Source of the DNA: Candidatus Hydrogenedentota bacterium
GTDB lineage: Bacteria > Hydrogenedentota > Hydrogenedentia > Hydrogenedentales > GCA-2746185
Assembly (NCBI GenBank): GCA_046583315.1
Contig: JAYGCN010000011.1
Coordinates: forward strand, 28,562-92,561
Direction of reading: 5' to 3'
Length of the DNA stretch: 64,000 nucleotides
Program-made: the position numbers and the translations under genes
The notes under the pieces: generated by a model
The model's database searches: none
Seen by the model: only the letters and a program-made list of their open reading frames with translations
What the model was told of the DNA's origin: nothing
Part shown: positions 30,998 through 41,768 of the stretch, one piece after another
How the letters are laid out: every line of letters begins with the position of its first letter
How positions within the stretch are numbered: position 1 is the stretch's first letter

Positions 30998-32041
30998 TTA
31001 ACGGCCCCTTGCTTGATCCATATTGGCTTTCAGCAATAATTCATTGGCTCTGTTGCTATTGGTGCGCACTACCGTGGCCGGAACTATCGTATCGTCCAAC
31101 GCACGCCTTTCAGAGGTCACAACGGGCATGGCATCCGGTGTCGCTGATTCCAATGCGCGCGACTCGGCCTCAACCAAGCTCCCACGAGCCAACGCAATCT
31201 TACGCGAATTCGGCAAAGTCGTCTTGTCGATCGTCTGCACAATAACATCGCGATCAATAACTGATTTCTTGGTCTGCGTTGCGAACATGAGTGCATTGCG
31301 ACATAAGGTCACAATCACACGCGGATTACCCTCAGAAAACGTATGAATCAACTGAATCGCGTCTGATTGAAACGAAGGCGTACTGCCCGGTGTCGCCCCG
31401 GCCCGACTCAATCGAAACTCAATGAATTGCGCAACCTCTTCCACCGTCAATACTTCAAGCGTATAGGTCATATTTACACGCTGCTCAAAATTGGGTGCCG
31501 CCTGCAACACGCGCGCCCACTCCAACTGCGCAAACAAAACCAGGTTCAGCAATTTGTGCTGCGGGGTCTCCAGATTCTGCGCCAAACGCAAGAGCTCCAA
31601 TTGCCCCCGCTTATTCAAGTTCTGCGCGTCATCAATGATCAACGTGTTCACCCGATCACGATTCACAATCAAGTACCGATTCAACGATTCCATATACGAG
31701 GCGAAAGATCGTTTCTCCGGCGACAAACGAAACTGCTGAATGATCGCTTCCAACAACGAGAAACTCGTCCACGAAGGAATCGGCGATCCGATCACCGCCG
31801 TGTTGTACTTTTCAGGATCCGTTGCCATGCCCGTCATCAATTTTCGTAGCAAGGTCGTTTTGCCCGTGCCGTAATTCCCGAGTACAACCGCAATGCCGTG
31901 CCGCTCGTCAATCGTGGACCACAATTGAAAAAGACACGTCTTGTGATCACGCGACGCATAGAAATAATCCGGGTCAGCCGTTGGCGCAAAGGGTTGCTCA
32001 GTCAGGCCGAAGCCTTTTAGATGTACATTGACATCATCCAT
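30998..32041 (-). CDS. ExeA/GspA-family AAA ATPase
   Basis: FGLTEQPF...DPDYFY, GNYGTGKT, LIIDDAQNL, GNPRVIVTLC. Confidence 0.88.
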   Translation of the reverse strand: MDDVNVHLKGFGLTEQPFAPTADPDYFYASRDHKTCLFQLWSTIDERHGIAVVLGNYGTGKTTLLRKLMTGMATDPEKYNTAVIGSPIPSWTSFSLLEAIIQQFRLSPEKRSFASYMESLNRYLIVNRDRVNTLIIDDAQNLNKRGQLELLRLAQNLETPQHKLLNLVLFAQLEWARVLQAAPNFEQRVNMTYTLEVLTVEEVAQFIEFRLSRAGATPGSTPSFQSDAIQLIHTFSEGNPRVIVTLCRNALMFATQTKKSVIDRDVIVQTIDKTTLPNSRKIALARGSLVEAESRALESATPDAMPVVTSERRALDDTIVPATVVRTNSNRANELLLKANMDQARGR

Positions 32042-32181
32042 ACCGCATCGATCTCCTCACCACCGGTGATACCGCTCGACACGATTGTTCCCCCGAATAC
32101 TCAGTACGAATAGTACACATTTCGCGCATCAACGTATTGGACTACAGCCTTGCGAACCCGTGCCTAGCGAATTCGATCAAC

Positions 32182-32210
32182 ACTGTATCTAAAGAACAAA
32201 AGACTGTCAA
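32182..32210 (-). promoter_or_regulatory. Sigma70-type promoter for the ExeA-like gene
   Basis: TTGACA-N17-TACAGT on the minus strand. Confidence 0.55.
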
Positions 32211-32564
32211 GCGCACGACGTGTCTAAATTCACAATTTGCTAACTACTAAAGGTTATATTTTATACACAATATGTAATCTATTCGGTACTTATCGACTAA
32301 AATCATCAAATCACTCGCGATCAAACTAGTCAGCCGAATACCATGCTCCACCAGACCTGACTGCATCAGCTCTATTTCCACCGAACTCTCAATCAGAACC
32401 ACAATTCGGCCAACGATGAAAATTACACCTTTCCACAGATATCGACATTCGATCGCAATGTTGACCGGCAAAGATGTAACTCGTTAAAGTGGCGGATTCC
32501 CATTGAACTGTGTGTTCTGTCATGAGCGACGAACCCACGTACAAATGGCATTTTCGGAGATTTT

Positions 32565-34062
32565 ATGCAAACCAACAATCGGTTCGTTGTCGTGCTACTT
32601 GTCGCTGTAATTGGAATCTCGGGGTATCTCGCCATCCGATTCTCCGGGCGAGGCGAACTACCAGAGGAACTCAAAGAAACGATTGTTCCAGCAGTCAATG
32701 TTGTCGACTCACTTCCACACCTACCGAGATTTGAAGTTCGGCGAAAGAGCCAAAGCCTATGTGGATAGTGTTACCGTACGCGACCGCTACACCATATCGC
32801 GACCCTATGCGAAATGGGTGACCGTTCTACATGAAGATCGCGACTTTGCCGCTATCCAGGTGAAAGCGGATGCACTTTTGGTAGCGAGTATCGACGGAGT
32901 GGCGGCGAATGAATATGCAGCATTCGTGAATCGCCTGGAAGATATCCCGGCTCAGACGAAAAACGAGCAGGTCGAGCAAACCTATGCCGATTGGATCCAA
33001 AGCGACCCGGAAAGTGCACTTCCTTTCCTCGTTCGGGGCCAGTACTACATTGATCGGGCGTGGGAGGCACGCGGCACTGGATTCTCGGATACCGTATCTG
33101 AGGAACAATTTGAGCTGCTTTTCAATTGGCTCGGCAAAGCGCGCGTGGACCTTGAGCGAGCCTATAAAATGAACCCGAAGGACCCCGCATCATCCACGCA
33201 TTTGATTGTTGTGGCCATGGGATCGCAACTTGGTAAAGAAATTGAGCAACGTTACTTCTCGAATGCAATTGAGTCGATGGCCTATTACGTATCGGCCTAC
33301 AGCGCGATGCTCAGCTGTCTGCAACCAAAATGGGGCGGCTCAAGGGAATCGGCTAAAAATTTCGTCGAGACCTCCTTGGAACAGTTCGATACGAATCCGA
33401 TGATTGTTACCATTCAGGACAGTCTCCTGTACCAGCAACGGCATTATGAAGACGGCTCTGAGGACATTTTGAAGCGCCTTGATGTCGCGCAAGATATGAT
33501 ATCGAAATATCGCATCTTGCGAGACCTTTATCCGACTCACAAAGGAATCAATCTAAAGTGCTTTATATGGGCACGAAGGGTGGACGACTATAAGCTTCAA
33601 TTCGACGCTGCCAGCACGATAGGCGACACCTATATTTATTCAACATCTTTCAAGTCTCTGGAAAGTTATCACTACGGTCGAATCAATGCCATCCGCAATT
33701 ACGCCAAGACGACGGAAGGTGAAGAACGCATTCGCCTCTACAAAGAATTGATCGAGATGGCTCCTAAATGGCCAACGCCCCTGTCCGATATCGGTGGAGT
33801 TTTTTGGAATGACGGAAACAAGGAACAAGCTTTTCGCTATTACGAGAATGCCGCACAACTGGGTTCCAATTATTTCTGGATGTATCGGACATTGGCCCGG
33901 GAAGCTATGCGAACCAGACGTTACGAAGATGCGCTAAAGTATATCGAACGAGGCGAACCGCTCATCAAGAAAGACATCGATCGACAGCGGTTCTCTATTC
34001 TTCGTAGTGAAACCGAAAAAGCCATCGAGCGCGAACGAAGCCGCGCTGGACTTAGGAAATAG
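32565..34062 (+). CDS. Membrane-anchored DUF4034/TPR-like protein, frameshift near 32725
   Basis: Transmembrane N-terminus in the 32565 frame; AWEARGTGFSDTV and LQPKWGGS plus C-terminal TPR-like helices in the next frame. Confidence 0.72.
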
Positions 34063-34140
34063 AGAATGCGCAATCGTTATGCCACGTCCGATTTCCTGCT
34101 CCCATTGCATCCCCGTCGCAGCTAGCCGTATACTCTCCTG

Positions 34141-35250
34141 ATGGGGATTACGGTTGACCACATAGCCAAGTCGATTCGCGGGCAGGAGATCCTGCGCGAC
34201 ATATCCTTCGACGTGGCGGATGGAGATTTTGCGACAATCCTGGGCGCAACGGGTTCCGGCAAAACATCCCTGTTGCGTATTATTGCAGGCATTGACCGTC
34301 CCGATGCCGGTCGTATTCTCTTCGACGGCGAAGATGTCACCGCATGGCCTGTGCAACGCCGAAATGTCGCCTTTGTGTATCAACAATTCGTCAACTACCC
34401 CTCCCTCACTGTCTTCGAAAATATCGCCTCGCCATTGCGGGTCAGCAAAGCATCCCTTAGCAAAGAGGAACTCACGCGCAGAGTCGATGAGACCGCGGAA
34501 CTACTCGGATTGAGCGCCATACTGCACCACCGACCCGAAGAAATCAGTGGCGGCCAACAACAACGCTGCGCCATCGCGCGCGCACTCGTGAAAGGTTCGA
34601 AGTATATTTTCCTGGACGAGCCACTGGCGAATCTGGACTATAAACTGCGCGAAGAATTGCGTGGCGAACTCAAACGCATCTTTCGTGATCGGGGTGGATG
34701 CGCCATTTACGCGACTCCTGAACCCGTGGACGCGCTCTCCATGGCGACACACGTCGGCTACATGCAGGACGGTCAACTCGTGCAATACGGTCCGACGCAA
34801 GAGGTCTACAAACGGCCCGCCCATCGTGATGTAGGTGCGTACTTCAGTTATCCGGAAATGAACATTCTTTCCTGCATAGCGTGCGAAGAAAATGACGCCT
34901 TATGGATCAAAGTCTCCGATTCGTTCCGCATTCCCTGGCCCTGGGACAGAGATGACTATAGGCCGGGTGAATACCTTGTCGGCATACGCGCCCACGAATT
35001 GCGCCCAACCCTCGAAAGCGAAAACACACACCTCAGGGGCACAGTCGAACTCGCCGAGGTGGTCGGTTCGGACACGGAGCTGCACCTAAAACATGAGTCG
35101 CACTCCTTGCTCGCGTTGCTTCCCTCGTTAAAAACTTTTTCGATAGGCGATTCCATCTCGCTTACCCTTTCGCCAGAGAAGTGTTTCCTTTTTGATGCGA
35201 CGACCGGCGAACTAAAACACGTGCCCGCGTCTGATGCGGTAGGGGTATAA
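34141..35250 (+). CDS. glpS: ABC transporter ATP-binding subunit, GlpS-like
   Basis: GATGSGKT, VYQQFVNYPSLTV, DEPLANLDYKLREELR, YATPEP. Confidence 0.85.
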   Translation: MGITVDHIAKSIRGQEILRDISFDVADGDFATILGATGSGKTSLLRIIAGIDRPDAGRILFDGEDVTAWPVQRRNVAFVYQQFVNYPSLTVFENIASPLRVSKASLSKEELTRRVDETAELLGLSAILHHRPEEISGGQQQRCAIARALVKGSKYIFLDEPLANLDYKLREELRGELKRIFRDRGGCAIYATPEPVDALSMATHVGYMQDGQLVQYGPTQEVYKRPAHRDVGAYFSYPEMNILSCIACEENDALWIKVSDSFRIPWPWDRDDYRPGEYLVGIRAHELRPTLESENTHLRGTVELAEVVGSDTELHLKHESHSLLALLPSLKTFSIGDSISLTLSPEKCFLFDATTGELKHVPASDAVGV

Positions 35251-35252
35251 CC

Positions 35253-36338
35253 GTGGCGCGCATCGAAATGAAAAATATCGGGCATCGCTACAGTGCCGAC
35301 GCGGACAAAAGCGGATTCGCCCTGGAAGCCCTCAACATGACGTGGCAAGATGCCTCGGCCAACGCATTACTCGGGCCGTCAGGCTGCGGAAAAACGACGC
35401 TACTGAACATGATTTCCGGCCTGTTGCGCCCCCAGACCGGCTCGATTCTCTTTGATGGCGAAGACATCACCCGACAATCCCCCAAAGCCCGGCACATTGC
35501 CCAGGTCTTTCAATTCCCTGTTGTTTACGACTCGATGAATGTGGAACAAAACCTCGGATTTCCGCTCAAGAACGACAAAATGACCTCGGGCGAAATCAAA
35601 AATCGGGTACACAAGATAGCGGATCTCCTCGAACTCGATGGCGTCCTGAAACGCAAGCCGCATCAACTCACCGCCGCCGAAAAACAGAAAGTTTCACTGG
35701 GTCGAGGCATCGTGCGCACCGATACCGCCGCGGTGCTCCTGGACGAACCGTTGACTGTGATCGACCCGCAACAAAAATGGGAACTGCGCCGTAAATTGAA
35801 ACAGGTGCAGACGGAACTCAAGCTGACGATGATCTACGTGACGCACGATCAGCAGGAGGCGCTAACCTTCGCCGACCACGTCACCATCATGCGAAACGGG
35901 GCCATCGAACAATCCGGCAGTCCTGCCGAACTTTACGATCACCCCGCGTCTCCCTTCATCGGATTCTTCATCGGCAGCCCCGGCATGAATTTTCTGGATA
36001 TCGAATCGCTGGACGGAAAACTGACCTGGGAAAACGAAGGCATCAGTATCGATCATCAGCTCGCATCCGATCTCAGCGCAAGCCATGCGCCCTTCACCCT
36101 CGGCATACGCCCCGAACACATCATCGTGTCAAACGAGGCGAAGCCCGGCCACATCGAAACCGACATCCATCTCCTCGAAGACACCGGGGCCTATAAAATC
36201 CTGACACTGGAACGGGGCGCGCGTAAGCTGAAGGCGCGTATACCCGATTCGATGTCTGTCGCAGAAGGCGACCGCGTCTGGGTATCGTTTCCGCCCGAAG
36301 CCATGCGCTTTTATCAGGAGGATCGCTGCATTGGATAA
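35253..36338 (+). CDS. glpT: ABC transporter ATP-binding subunit, GlpT-like
   Basis: GPSGCGKTT, AQVFQFPVVYD, DEPLTVIDP, FIGSPGMN. Confidence 0.85.
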   Translation: MARIEMKNIGHRYSADADKSGFALEALNMTWQDASANALLGPSGCGKTTLLNMISGLLRPQTGSILFDGEDITRQSPKARHIAQVFQFPVVYDSMNVEQNLGFPLKNDKMTSGEIKNRVHKIADLLELDGVLKRKPHQLTAAEKQKVSLGRGIVRTDTAAVLLDEPLTVIDPQQKWELRRKLKQVQTELKLTMIYVTHDQQEALTFADHVTIMRNGAIEQSGSPAELYDHPASPFIGFFIGSPGMNFLDIESLDGKLTWENEGISIDHQLASDLSASHAPFTLGIRPEHIIVSNEAKPGHIETDIHLLEDTGAYKILTLERGARKLKARIPDSMSVAEGDRVWVSFPPEAMRFYQEDRCIG

Positions 36339-36362
36339 CCGTGCCACACAGGGAGCAAGCCG

Positions 36363-37214
36363 ATGAAAGCACGCCCTTGGCTGTTTTTGCTGCCCGCCCT
36401 CGTGCTCATGGGACTCAACGCCTTCATCCCCCTGATGACGGTCGTGAACTATTCCGTGCACTACATCTTCGCCGGTTCCCAACCTCAATTCGTCGGCATG
36501 GAAAATTACATCGAAGTCCTGCACGATCCCAACTTTCGCGGCGCATTGGTCCGCCAACTGGCCTTCAGTATCGGCATATTACTCGTCGAATTCCCGCTCG
36601 GACTCATGGTCGCCATGGCCATGCCGCGATCGGGAAAATTCGCATCCCTGAGCCTCGTGTTGCTCGGCATTCCCCTCCTGATCCCCTTCAACGTCGTCGG
36701 TATTGTGTGGCGCCTCTTCACCCAGTCCGGCATCGGCGTTGTCCCGCGCGTGCTCGCGAAATTCGGCTACGAATACAACGTCTCGCTGGATAAAGTGGAC
36801 GCCATGGGCACACTGTTTCTGCTCGACGTGTGGCACTGGACCCCGCTCGTCGCCCTACTGTGTTACGCGGGACTCCAGGCCATCCCGCCCGCCTGGTATC
36901 AAGCCGCAGAAATCGATGGCGCGTCGGCATGGAACACCTTTCGTTACGTGACGCTGCCCAAACTGAAGCCCGTGCTCATCATCGGCGTACTCCTGCGGTT
37001 CATGGACTCCTTCAAAATTTATTCGGAGCCGCTCTTGCTCACGGGTGGCGGACCGGGCAACGCAACCACCCTGCTGAGCCTCTTCGTCGCGCGTAAAGCA
37101 GAATCCTACGAGCTCGGATATGCCGGAGCCGTCTCCGTGTTATACCTCTACATCGTGATCGTGCTGAGCTTCATTTTCTTCCAGGCCATGACGCGCGACG
37201 GGGAGGCAAATTGA
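36363..37214 (+). CDS. glpP: Carbohydrate ABC permease, GlpP-like
   Basis: IPLMTVVNYSV, DVWHWTPLVALLCYAGL, LLRFMDSF. Confidence 0.85.
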   Translation: MKARPWLFLLPALVLMGLNAFIPLMTVVNYSVHYIFAGSQPQFVGMENYIEVLHDPNFRGALVRQLAFSIGILLVEFPLGLMVAMAMPRSGKFASLSLVLLGIPLLIPFNVVGIVWRLFTQSGIGVVPRVLAKFGYEYNVSLDKVDAMGTLFLLDVWHWTPLVALLCYAGLQAIPPAWYQAAEIDGASAWNTFRYVTLPKLKPVLIIGVLLRFMDSFKIYSEPLLLTGGGPGNATTLLSLFVARKAESYELGYAGAVSVLYLYIVIVLSFIFFQAMTRDGEAN

Positions 37215-38011
37215 TGCAGAAACGCCACTTCGCACTCGCGTTCTATTTCATCATCCTCTTCATCCCCATCTACTGGATGTTGAACACCTCCCTCAAAACC
37301 GACGACGAAATTCTCAACCAATACACCCTTTTTCCCCAGGAAATCACCTTCGAACACTACAAAGAAATCTTCACCTCCGAAGTGTGGCGAAGCAGTTTCA
37401 TGAATTCGCTCATCTACGTCTTCCTCAACGTGCTCATCACCCTCGCCGTATCCATCCCAGCCGCCTACGCCTTCTCACGATGGGAATTTCGCGGCCAACA
37501 CCACCTCTTCTTCTGGTTACTCACCAATCGCATGGCACCCGGCGCGGTATTTATGGTGCCCTTCACCGAGTTGTATTACACCCTGCATCTCTTCGACACG
37601 CATCTCGCCGTAGCCCTCGCCCATTGCCTCTTTAATATCCCCCTCGCCGTGTGGATTCTCGAAGGATTCATCTCCGGCATCCCAAAAGAAATCGACGAAA
37701 CTGCATTCATCGACGGCTACTCCTTCCCACGTTTCTTCCGCAAAATTTTCTTCCCGCTCATCGCACCCGGCATCGCCGTCACCGCATTCTTCTGCTTCAC
37801 CTTTTCATGGGTCGAGCTCATCCTCGCCAAAGCGCTCACCATCACCGCGGCCAAACCCGTCGTTGTCACGCTGACGGTCGGAATCGGTGCCGAAGGGGTC
37901 AAATGGGGACTGCTCGCGGCGGCAGGCGTACTGACCATCATTCCCGGCGCGCTGGTCGTCTATTTCGTGCGCAATTACATGGCCAAAGGCTTCGCGTTGG
38001 GCAGGGTATAA
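37214..38011 (+). CDS. glpQ: Carbohydrate ABC permease, GlpQ-like
   Basis: FFWLLTNRMAP, AVWILEGF, IDETAFIDGYSF, YMAKGFALGRV. Confidence 0.85.
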   Translation: MQKRHFALAFYFIILFIPIYWMLNTSLKTDDEILNQYTLFPQEITFEHYKEIFTSEVWRSSFMNSLIYVFLNVLITLAVSIPAAYAFSRWEFRGQHHLFFWLLTNRMAPGAVFMVPFTELYYTLHLFDTHLAVALAHCLFNIPLAVWILEGFISGIPKEIDETAFIDGYSFPRFFRKIFFPLIAPGIAVTAFFCFTFSWVELILAKALTITAAKPVVVTLTVGIGAEGVKWGLLAAAGVLTIIPGALVVYFVRNYMAKGFALGRV

Positions 38012-38013
38012 CG

Positions 38014-38310
38014 ATGAGCTGGATTCAGGAAAATATAGAGTGGATGTACTGGACACTCCCAACCGCCCTGCTTTTCGGCGGACTGTTTTTGACCATTGCC
38101 GCCCTTGGAGTCTGGGATGTGAAAACGCCGTCTTACCCGCGTAAGGGGTTTTTACCCATACCCACGACACGCGGAGATCGCCTCTTCATTGGAATCCTTA
38201 TAACCATCGCAATTCACGCCATCTGGATCGTCCTGTTCAAGGATAGCGCGCTTTTGCCCGCGACCGGTATCGCCGTCATAATCTTCGGGTGCGTCGGACG
38301 CTGGGGTTAA
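38014..38310 (+). CDS. glpU: DUF2160 small membrane protein, GlpU-like
   Basis: WMYWTLPT...RKGFLPIPTTRGDRLFI. Confidence 0.85.
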   Translation: MSWIQENIEWMYWTLPTALLFGGLFLTIAALGVWDVKTPSYPRKGFLPIPTTRGDRLFIGILITIAIHAIWIVLFKDSALLPATGIAVIIFGCVGRWG

Positions 38311-40241
38311 GGAACCACAATCGAACGCGTGGCCTGCTGACGATTGCCGGCTTCATCCCATACCGTGATGCTAAATTCTCCGGGACCCGAAGGCAACGAC
38401 TCGTCTCGTTCCCAGAACAACAAATTCTGTTCCGGATCGTAGGCCATCAACATCCATTCGCCCGCATATTCCGCGGTCCATCGTGCAATGCCACTACCGC
38501 GTTCAATCACCGAAAGCGAAATATCCGGCCTCGTACTGCTCACCCGCGCGCCGCTGGCAGGTCTGCGGAATCGTAGCGACGGCGCGGTCGTATCGGCCAT
38601 GATCTGAAACTGGCCGAGATGCTTCGTGGCGAAACGCATTCCTTCCGCTGTCGCTTTCGCGTCAATCCAGGACCACTTTTTGCCCTGCTTGCGATAGACC
38701 CCGAATCCCGATCCCTCGGGGTTCGTCGACTTCGGCCATGGCAGCGTAATTTCGAGTGGCTTCTTGAACGGTGCTTCGGTCGGCCAAATACGAAAACCCG
38801 ATCCGATTGGCGTCAACCCCGAGGCCGAACCTGTAGGTGAAGTCCCCACGGTCAGAAATACCCGCCCATACGATTCACTATTCGAGGCATCCAGAGCCAC
38901 ACCGCCCAGAACAGCCCGTCCACCCGTTTCCGGTATCCAAAAACGATGCTCTATCAAGCGATCCGATTCCCCATCCCAACCCGCACGAGGATGATCGACG
39001 CTCAACCCAATTTCAGTCACGCCGGACTCGGGCACGTATGCCGCACGAAAAGTCGTATCGTTCACCCTGCGAAAAATAGCGGTCTCGGATGGCACACCGA
39101 ACTCCAAAAGTATCGGCAGCACCGATTCCGCACTCGAAAAGGCCGCCGTGACCAACAGCCACTGCCCGACCGAATCCATCATTACCGTCCCGGAACCCGA
39201 ATCGGACGACTGCACAGGCGCCCTAACCCTTCGCGCATCATGCACCAGCGGCACACGCAACACGGAGTCATTCCCGTAAAAATCAGCCGCTTCAATTTGC
39301 AGCGTCTGATCGCCCTCATCGATCGGCACAATGCCGTTCGCCGATGCGGTCTTATACAACTCGGTCTGGACCCCCGGCCATTGCCGCTGCATCAGAAACT
39401 TTCCACGCGACCGAAAAAACGGGTGATACGCAACCGTGCCATCTCCCGAGTGAGCATACCCGATGCGATCGTGCACCATGGAAAATACGCTTCTCTCTCC
39501 GACGGAGGTCTCGATTGCATGCACACCCAGTTTCGAGGCACCTCCATTTGCGGAATCGTATACATCGACTCCGACCGCGATGGAACCCTTCACCCGAATC
39601 GGCTCGACGGTGTATTCGCCCGTCCTCTGCTTGCGAGCTGATACGACAACCGGAAAATAGTCCCCGTTCAGCGTCGTGTCCGGAGTAGTCGGTATCACCA
39701 GAAGTTTCCTGAATATCGGACGTGTTTTATCCGGCCATTCCAATCCGAACAGCCGCTGACTGGTCGGCACACCCGCACGATCACGAATTTCCCAATGAAG
39801 ATGCGGCACCCCGATTCCTGTCTGTCCGCTATACGCGATGAGTTGGCCGCGCTTCACCCGAAATTCACCGGGATCGGGATACAGATCAACCGTATATTTC
39901 TTTCGGTCATGCTGCGCGCGACGAACATAATCACGAAATTCCGGAATGAAGTCATTCAGGTGCGCATAGACCGCCGTGTTGCCGTCGTCCAATTGAAGGT
40001 AGACGACCTTGCCGTAGCCATACGGCGAACACCGAATGCGCGAGACATAGCCCACCTCTGCCGCGAAGACTTCTTTGCCGATAGGACCCGTGCGCAGATC
40101 GATACCCATGTGAAAGCGATTCGCACGGTATTCCCCGAAGCTGGACGTCAACGCGCGCGGCAATTCGAGCGGCCACACATACGGCTCAGATTGCTGCGCC
40201 GTCAACAGCGACACGGCGATCATACTCCACAATCCGATCAT
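38307..40241 (-). CDS. M23 family metallopeptidase
   Basis: SFGEYRANRFHMGIDL (HxxxD), YAHL, PHLHWEIR (HxH). Confidence 0.88.
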   Translation of the reverse strand: MIGLWSMIAVSLLTAQQSEPYVWPLELPRALTSSFGEYRANRFHMGIDLRTGPIGKEVFAAEVGYVSRIRCSPYGYGKVVYLQLDDGNTAVYAHLNDFIPEFRDYVRRAQHDRKKYTVDLYPDPGEFRVKRGQLIAYSGQTGIGVPHLHWEIRDRAGVPTSQRLFGLEWPDKTRPIFRKLLVIPTTPDTTLNGDYFPVVVSARKQRTGEYTVEPIRVKGSIAVGVDVYDSANGGASKLGVHAIETSVGERSVFSMVHDRIGYAHSGDGTVAYHPFFRSRGKFLMQRQWPGVQTELYKTASANGIVPIDEGDQTLQIEAADFYGNDSVLRVPLVHDARRVRAPVQSSDSGSGTVMMDSVGQWLLVTAAFSSAESVLPILLEFGVPSETAIFRRVNDTTFRAAYVPESGVTEIGLSVDHPRAGWDGESDRLIEHRFWIPETGGRAVLGGVALDASNSESYGRVFLTVGTSPTGSASGLTPIGSGFRIWPTEAPFKKPLEITLPWPKSTNPEGSGFGVYRKQGKKWSWIDAKATAEGMRFATKHLGQFQIMADTTAPSLRFRRPASGARVSSTRPDISLSVIERGSGIARWTAEYAGEWMLMAYDPEQNLLFWERDESLPSGPGEFSITVWDEAGNRQQATRSIVVP

Positions 40242-40274
40242 TGAAACGGGTTCCCCTCTGGGATTGCGCCGACC

Positions 40275-41372
40275 CTAGAGCGAGTCCAGCGGTTTGCCAC
40301 CATTGATGCGCGCGAGGTTCTGCTCAAGCTCCAGAAATACCTGCACTTCCACACCTTCGCTCATCAATTCAGCACAGAAATCACGAATCACCGAGCCGCC
40401 TTGCTGCATCACCATTTGCTGGCGGATGGTGCCTTCGGCTTGCTCCTTGGTCAATTTTTGGCCACCCTTTTGCGCTACAAGCAATATGATATGGAATCCT
40501 TCGTTACTCTCAATGACATCACTGACATCTTCGATCACCATGGATACCATCGCCTCCCGCAGAAAATCGGGAATTCGATCCACGGGCACGAATCCCATAT
40601 CCACCTGATTGGGCAGATCGGAAAAATCCTTCGCGACTGCCTCAAAACGCTGTCCGGAGAATATGGCATCGAGGGCTTCATCGGCCCTTTTCTTAGCCTG
40701 AGCCTTCGAGACTTCATCAATCATGTTCGCGCGCACAAAAATCTGCAACAGATGCGTCATGTCCGGCTGCGCAAATTTATCCATATTCTTCTGGTAAATC
40801 CGATCCAATTCTTCGGGGGACAGATTGGCCACGTGTTCGGTGACGATTTGTTCACGAACCTTCGCGACGATCAACATGCGTTTCACTTCTTCGTCAACTT
40901 CCTGCCGCGAAGCATAACCTAAACGCTCGAAAATCTCTTCGTCCGTCACTTCATGCCCCGCCTGCTCAGCAATACTTTTGCGCATCACAACCAGCTGCTC
41001 TTCGGTGCGGCCCGTCACGTCATCCGCCGAAACCGTCACATTCTGAGTCAGCGCGTACAGATGGAGCAACTCCTGCTCAATCAACGAGTTCAAACACATA
41101 AGCGCAAGACGCACGCGATTCCCGTCACTCACATCCTCCCTGGAATTACGCGCGGCGAATCGAGCAATCTCGGACTGGTACAACATCAAGAAGTCGACCC
41201 TATCAATGCTCTCTTTGCCGACACGCGCGACGGGGCCATCCGGAACGGATCGCGTGACAATATCCATCGCCTCAAGATTCGGGGCCTGTGCAAACGCAAA
41301 AGGAACCGCCAGCAATAACGCAAACGCCAGCAACGCAACAAATTTTCGATTATGCTCTATAGAATAATTCAC
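40275..41372 (-). CDS. SurA/PrsA-like peptidyl-prolyl isomerase
   Basis: Signal peptide, SurA-like N-domain, parvulin motifs FEAVAKDFS, DMGF, GFHII. Confidence 0.82.
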   Translation of the reverse strand: MNYSIEHNRKFVALLAFALLLAVPFAFAQAPNLEAMDIVTRSVPDGPVARVGKESIDRVDFLMLYQSEIARFAARNSREDVSDGNRVRLALMCLNSLIEQELLHLYALTQNVTVSADDVTGRTEEQLVVMRKSIAEQAGHEVTDEEIFERLGYASRQEVDEEVKRMLIVAKVREQIVTEHVANLSPEELDRIYQKNMDKFAQPDMTHLLQIFVRANMIDEVSKAQAKKRADEALDAIFSGQRFEAVAKDFSDLPNQVDMGFVPVDRIPDFLREAMVSMVIEDVSDVIESNEGFHIILLVAQKGGQKLTKEQAEGTIRQQMVMQQGGSVIRDFCAELMSEGVEVQVFLELEQNLARINGGKPLDSL

Positions 41373-41378
41373 GTCTCG

Positions 41379-41723
41379 CTACTCTGATACCGGTTCCGGA
41401 GGAAGTTGTTCCTCGGCCTCAGCCTCTGCTTTCGCCTGATCTTTCTTGAGTGCACGCTCTTGCTCGCGCTCAAGCTTTTCCTGTTCAATCATCTCCTGCA
41501 ACGTGGTACGCAAAATCATACGCACCAGAAAAAACGTGGCACCATAACAGATAACAAACGTCCAACCGGCACGAATGAGAATGGCCGGAAGATCGCCGCG
41601 ATTCGCGAATATGCCAATCAGCAAAACCGCAATGGCCCCAAGCAGGCCGACAATCATCCCCAATTTGTCGCCGTCTAAAGGGATAACCTTTTTCGTGACC
41701 GTTTTGATTCGTCGTTGGTCCAT
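41379..41723 (-). CDS. Small two-helix membrane protein
   Basis: Two hydrophobic helices and a charged tail; tightly packed between Kef and PPIase genes. Confidence 0.7.
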   Translation of the reverse strand: MDQRRIKTVTKKVIPLDGDKLGMIVGLLGAIAVLLIGIFANRGDLPAILIRAGWTFVICYGATFFLVRMILRTTLQEMIEQEKLEREQERALKKDQAKAEAEAEEQLPPEPVSE

Positions 41724-41768
41724 AAAGCCATGCTATCACACCGCCGATTGCCGAGGGAAGGCGACGAA

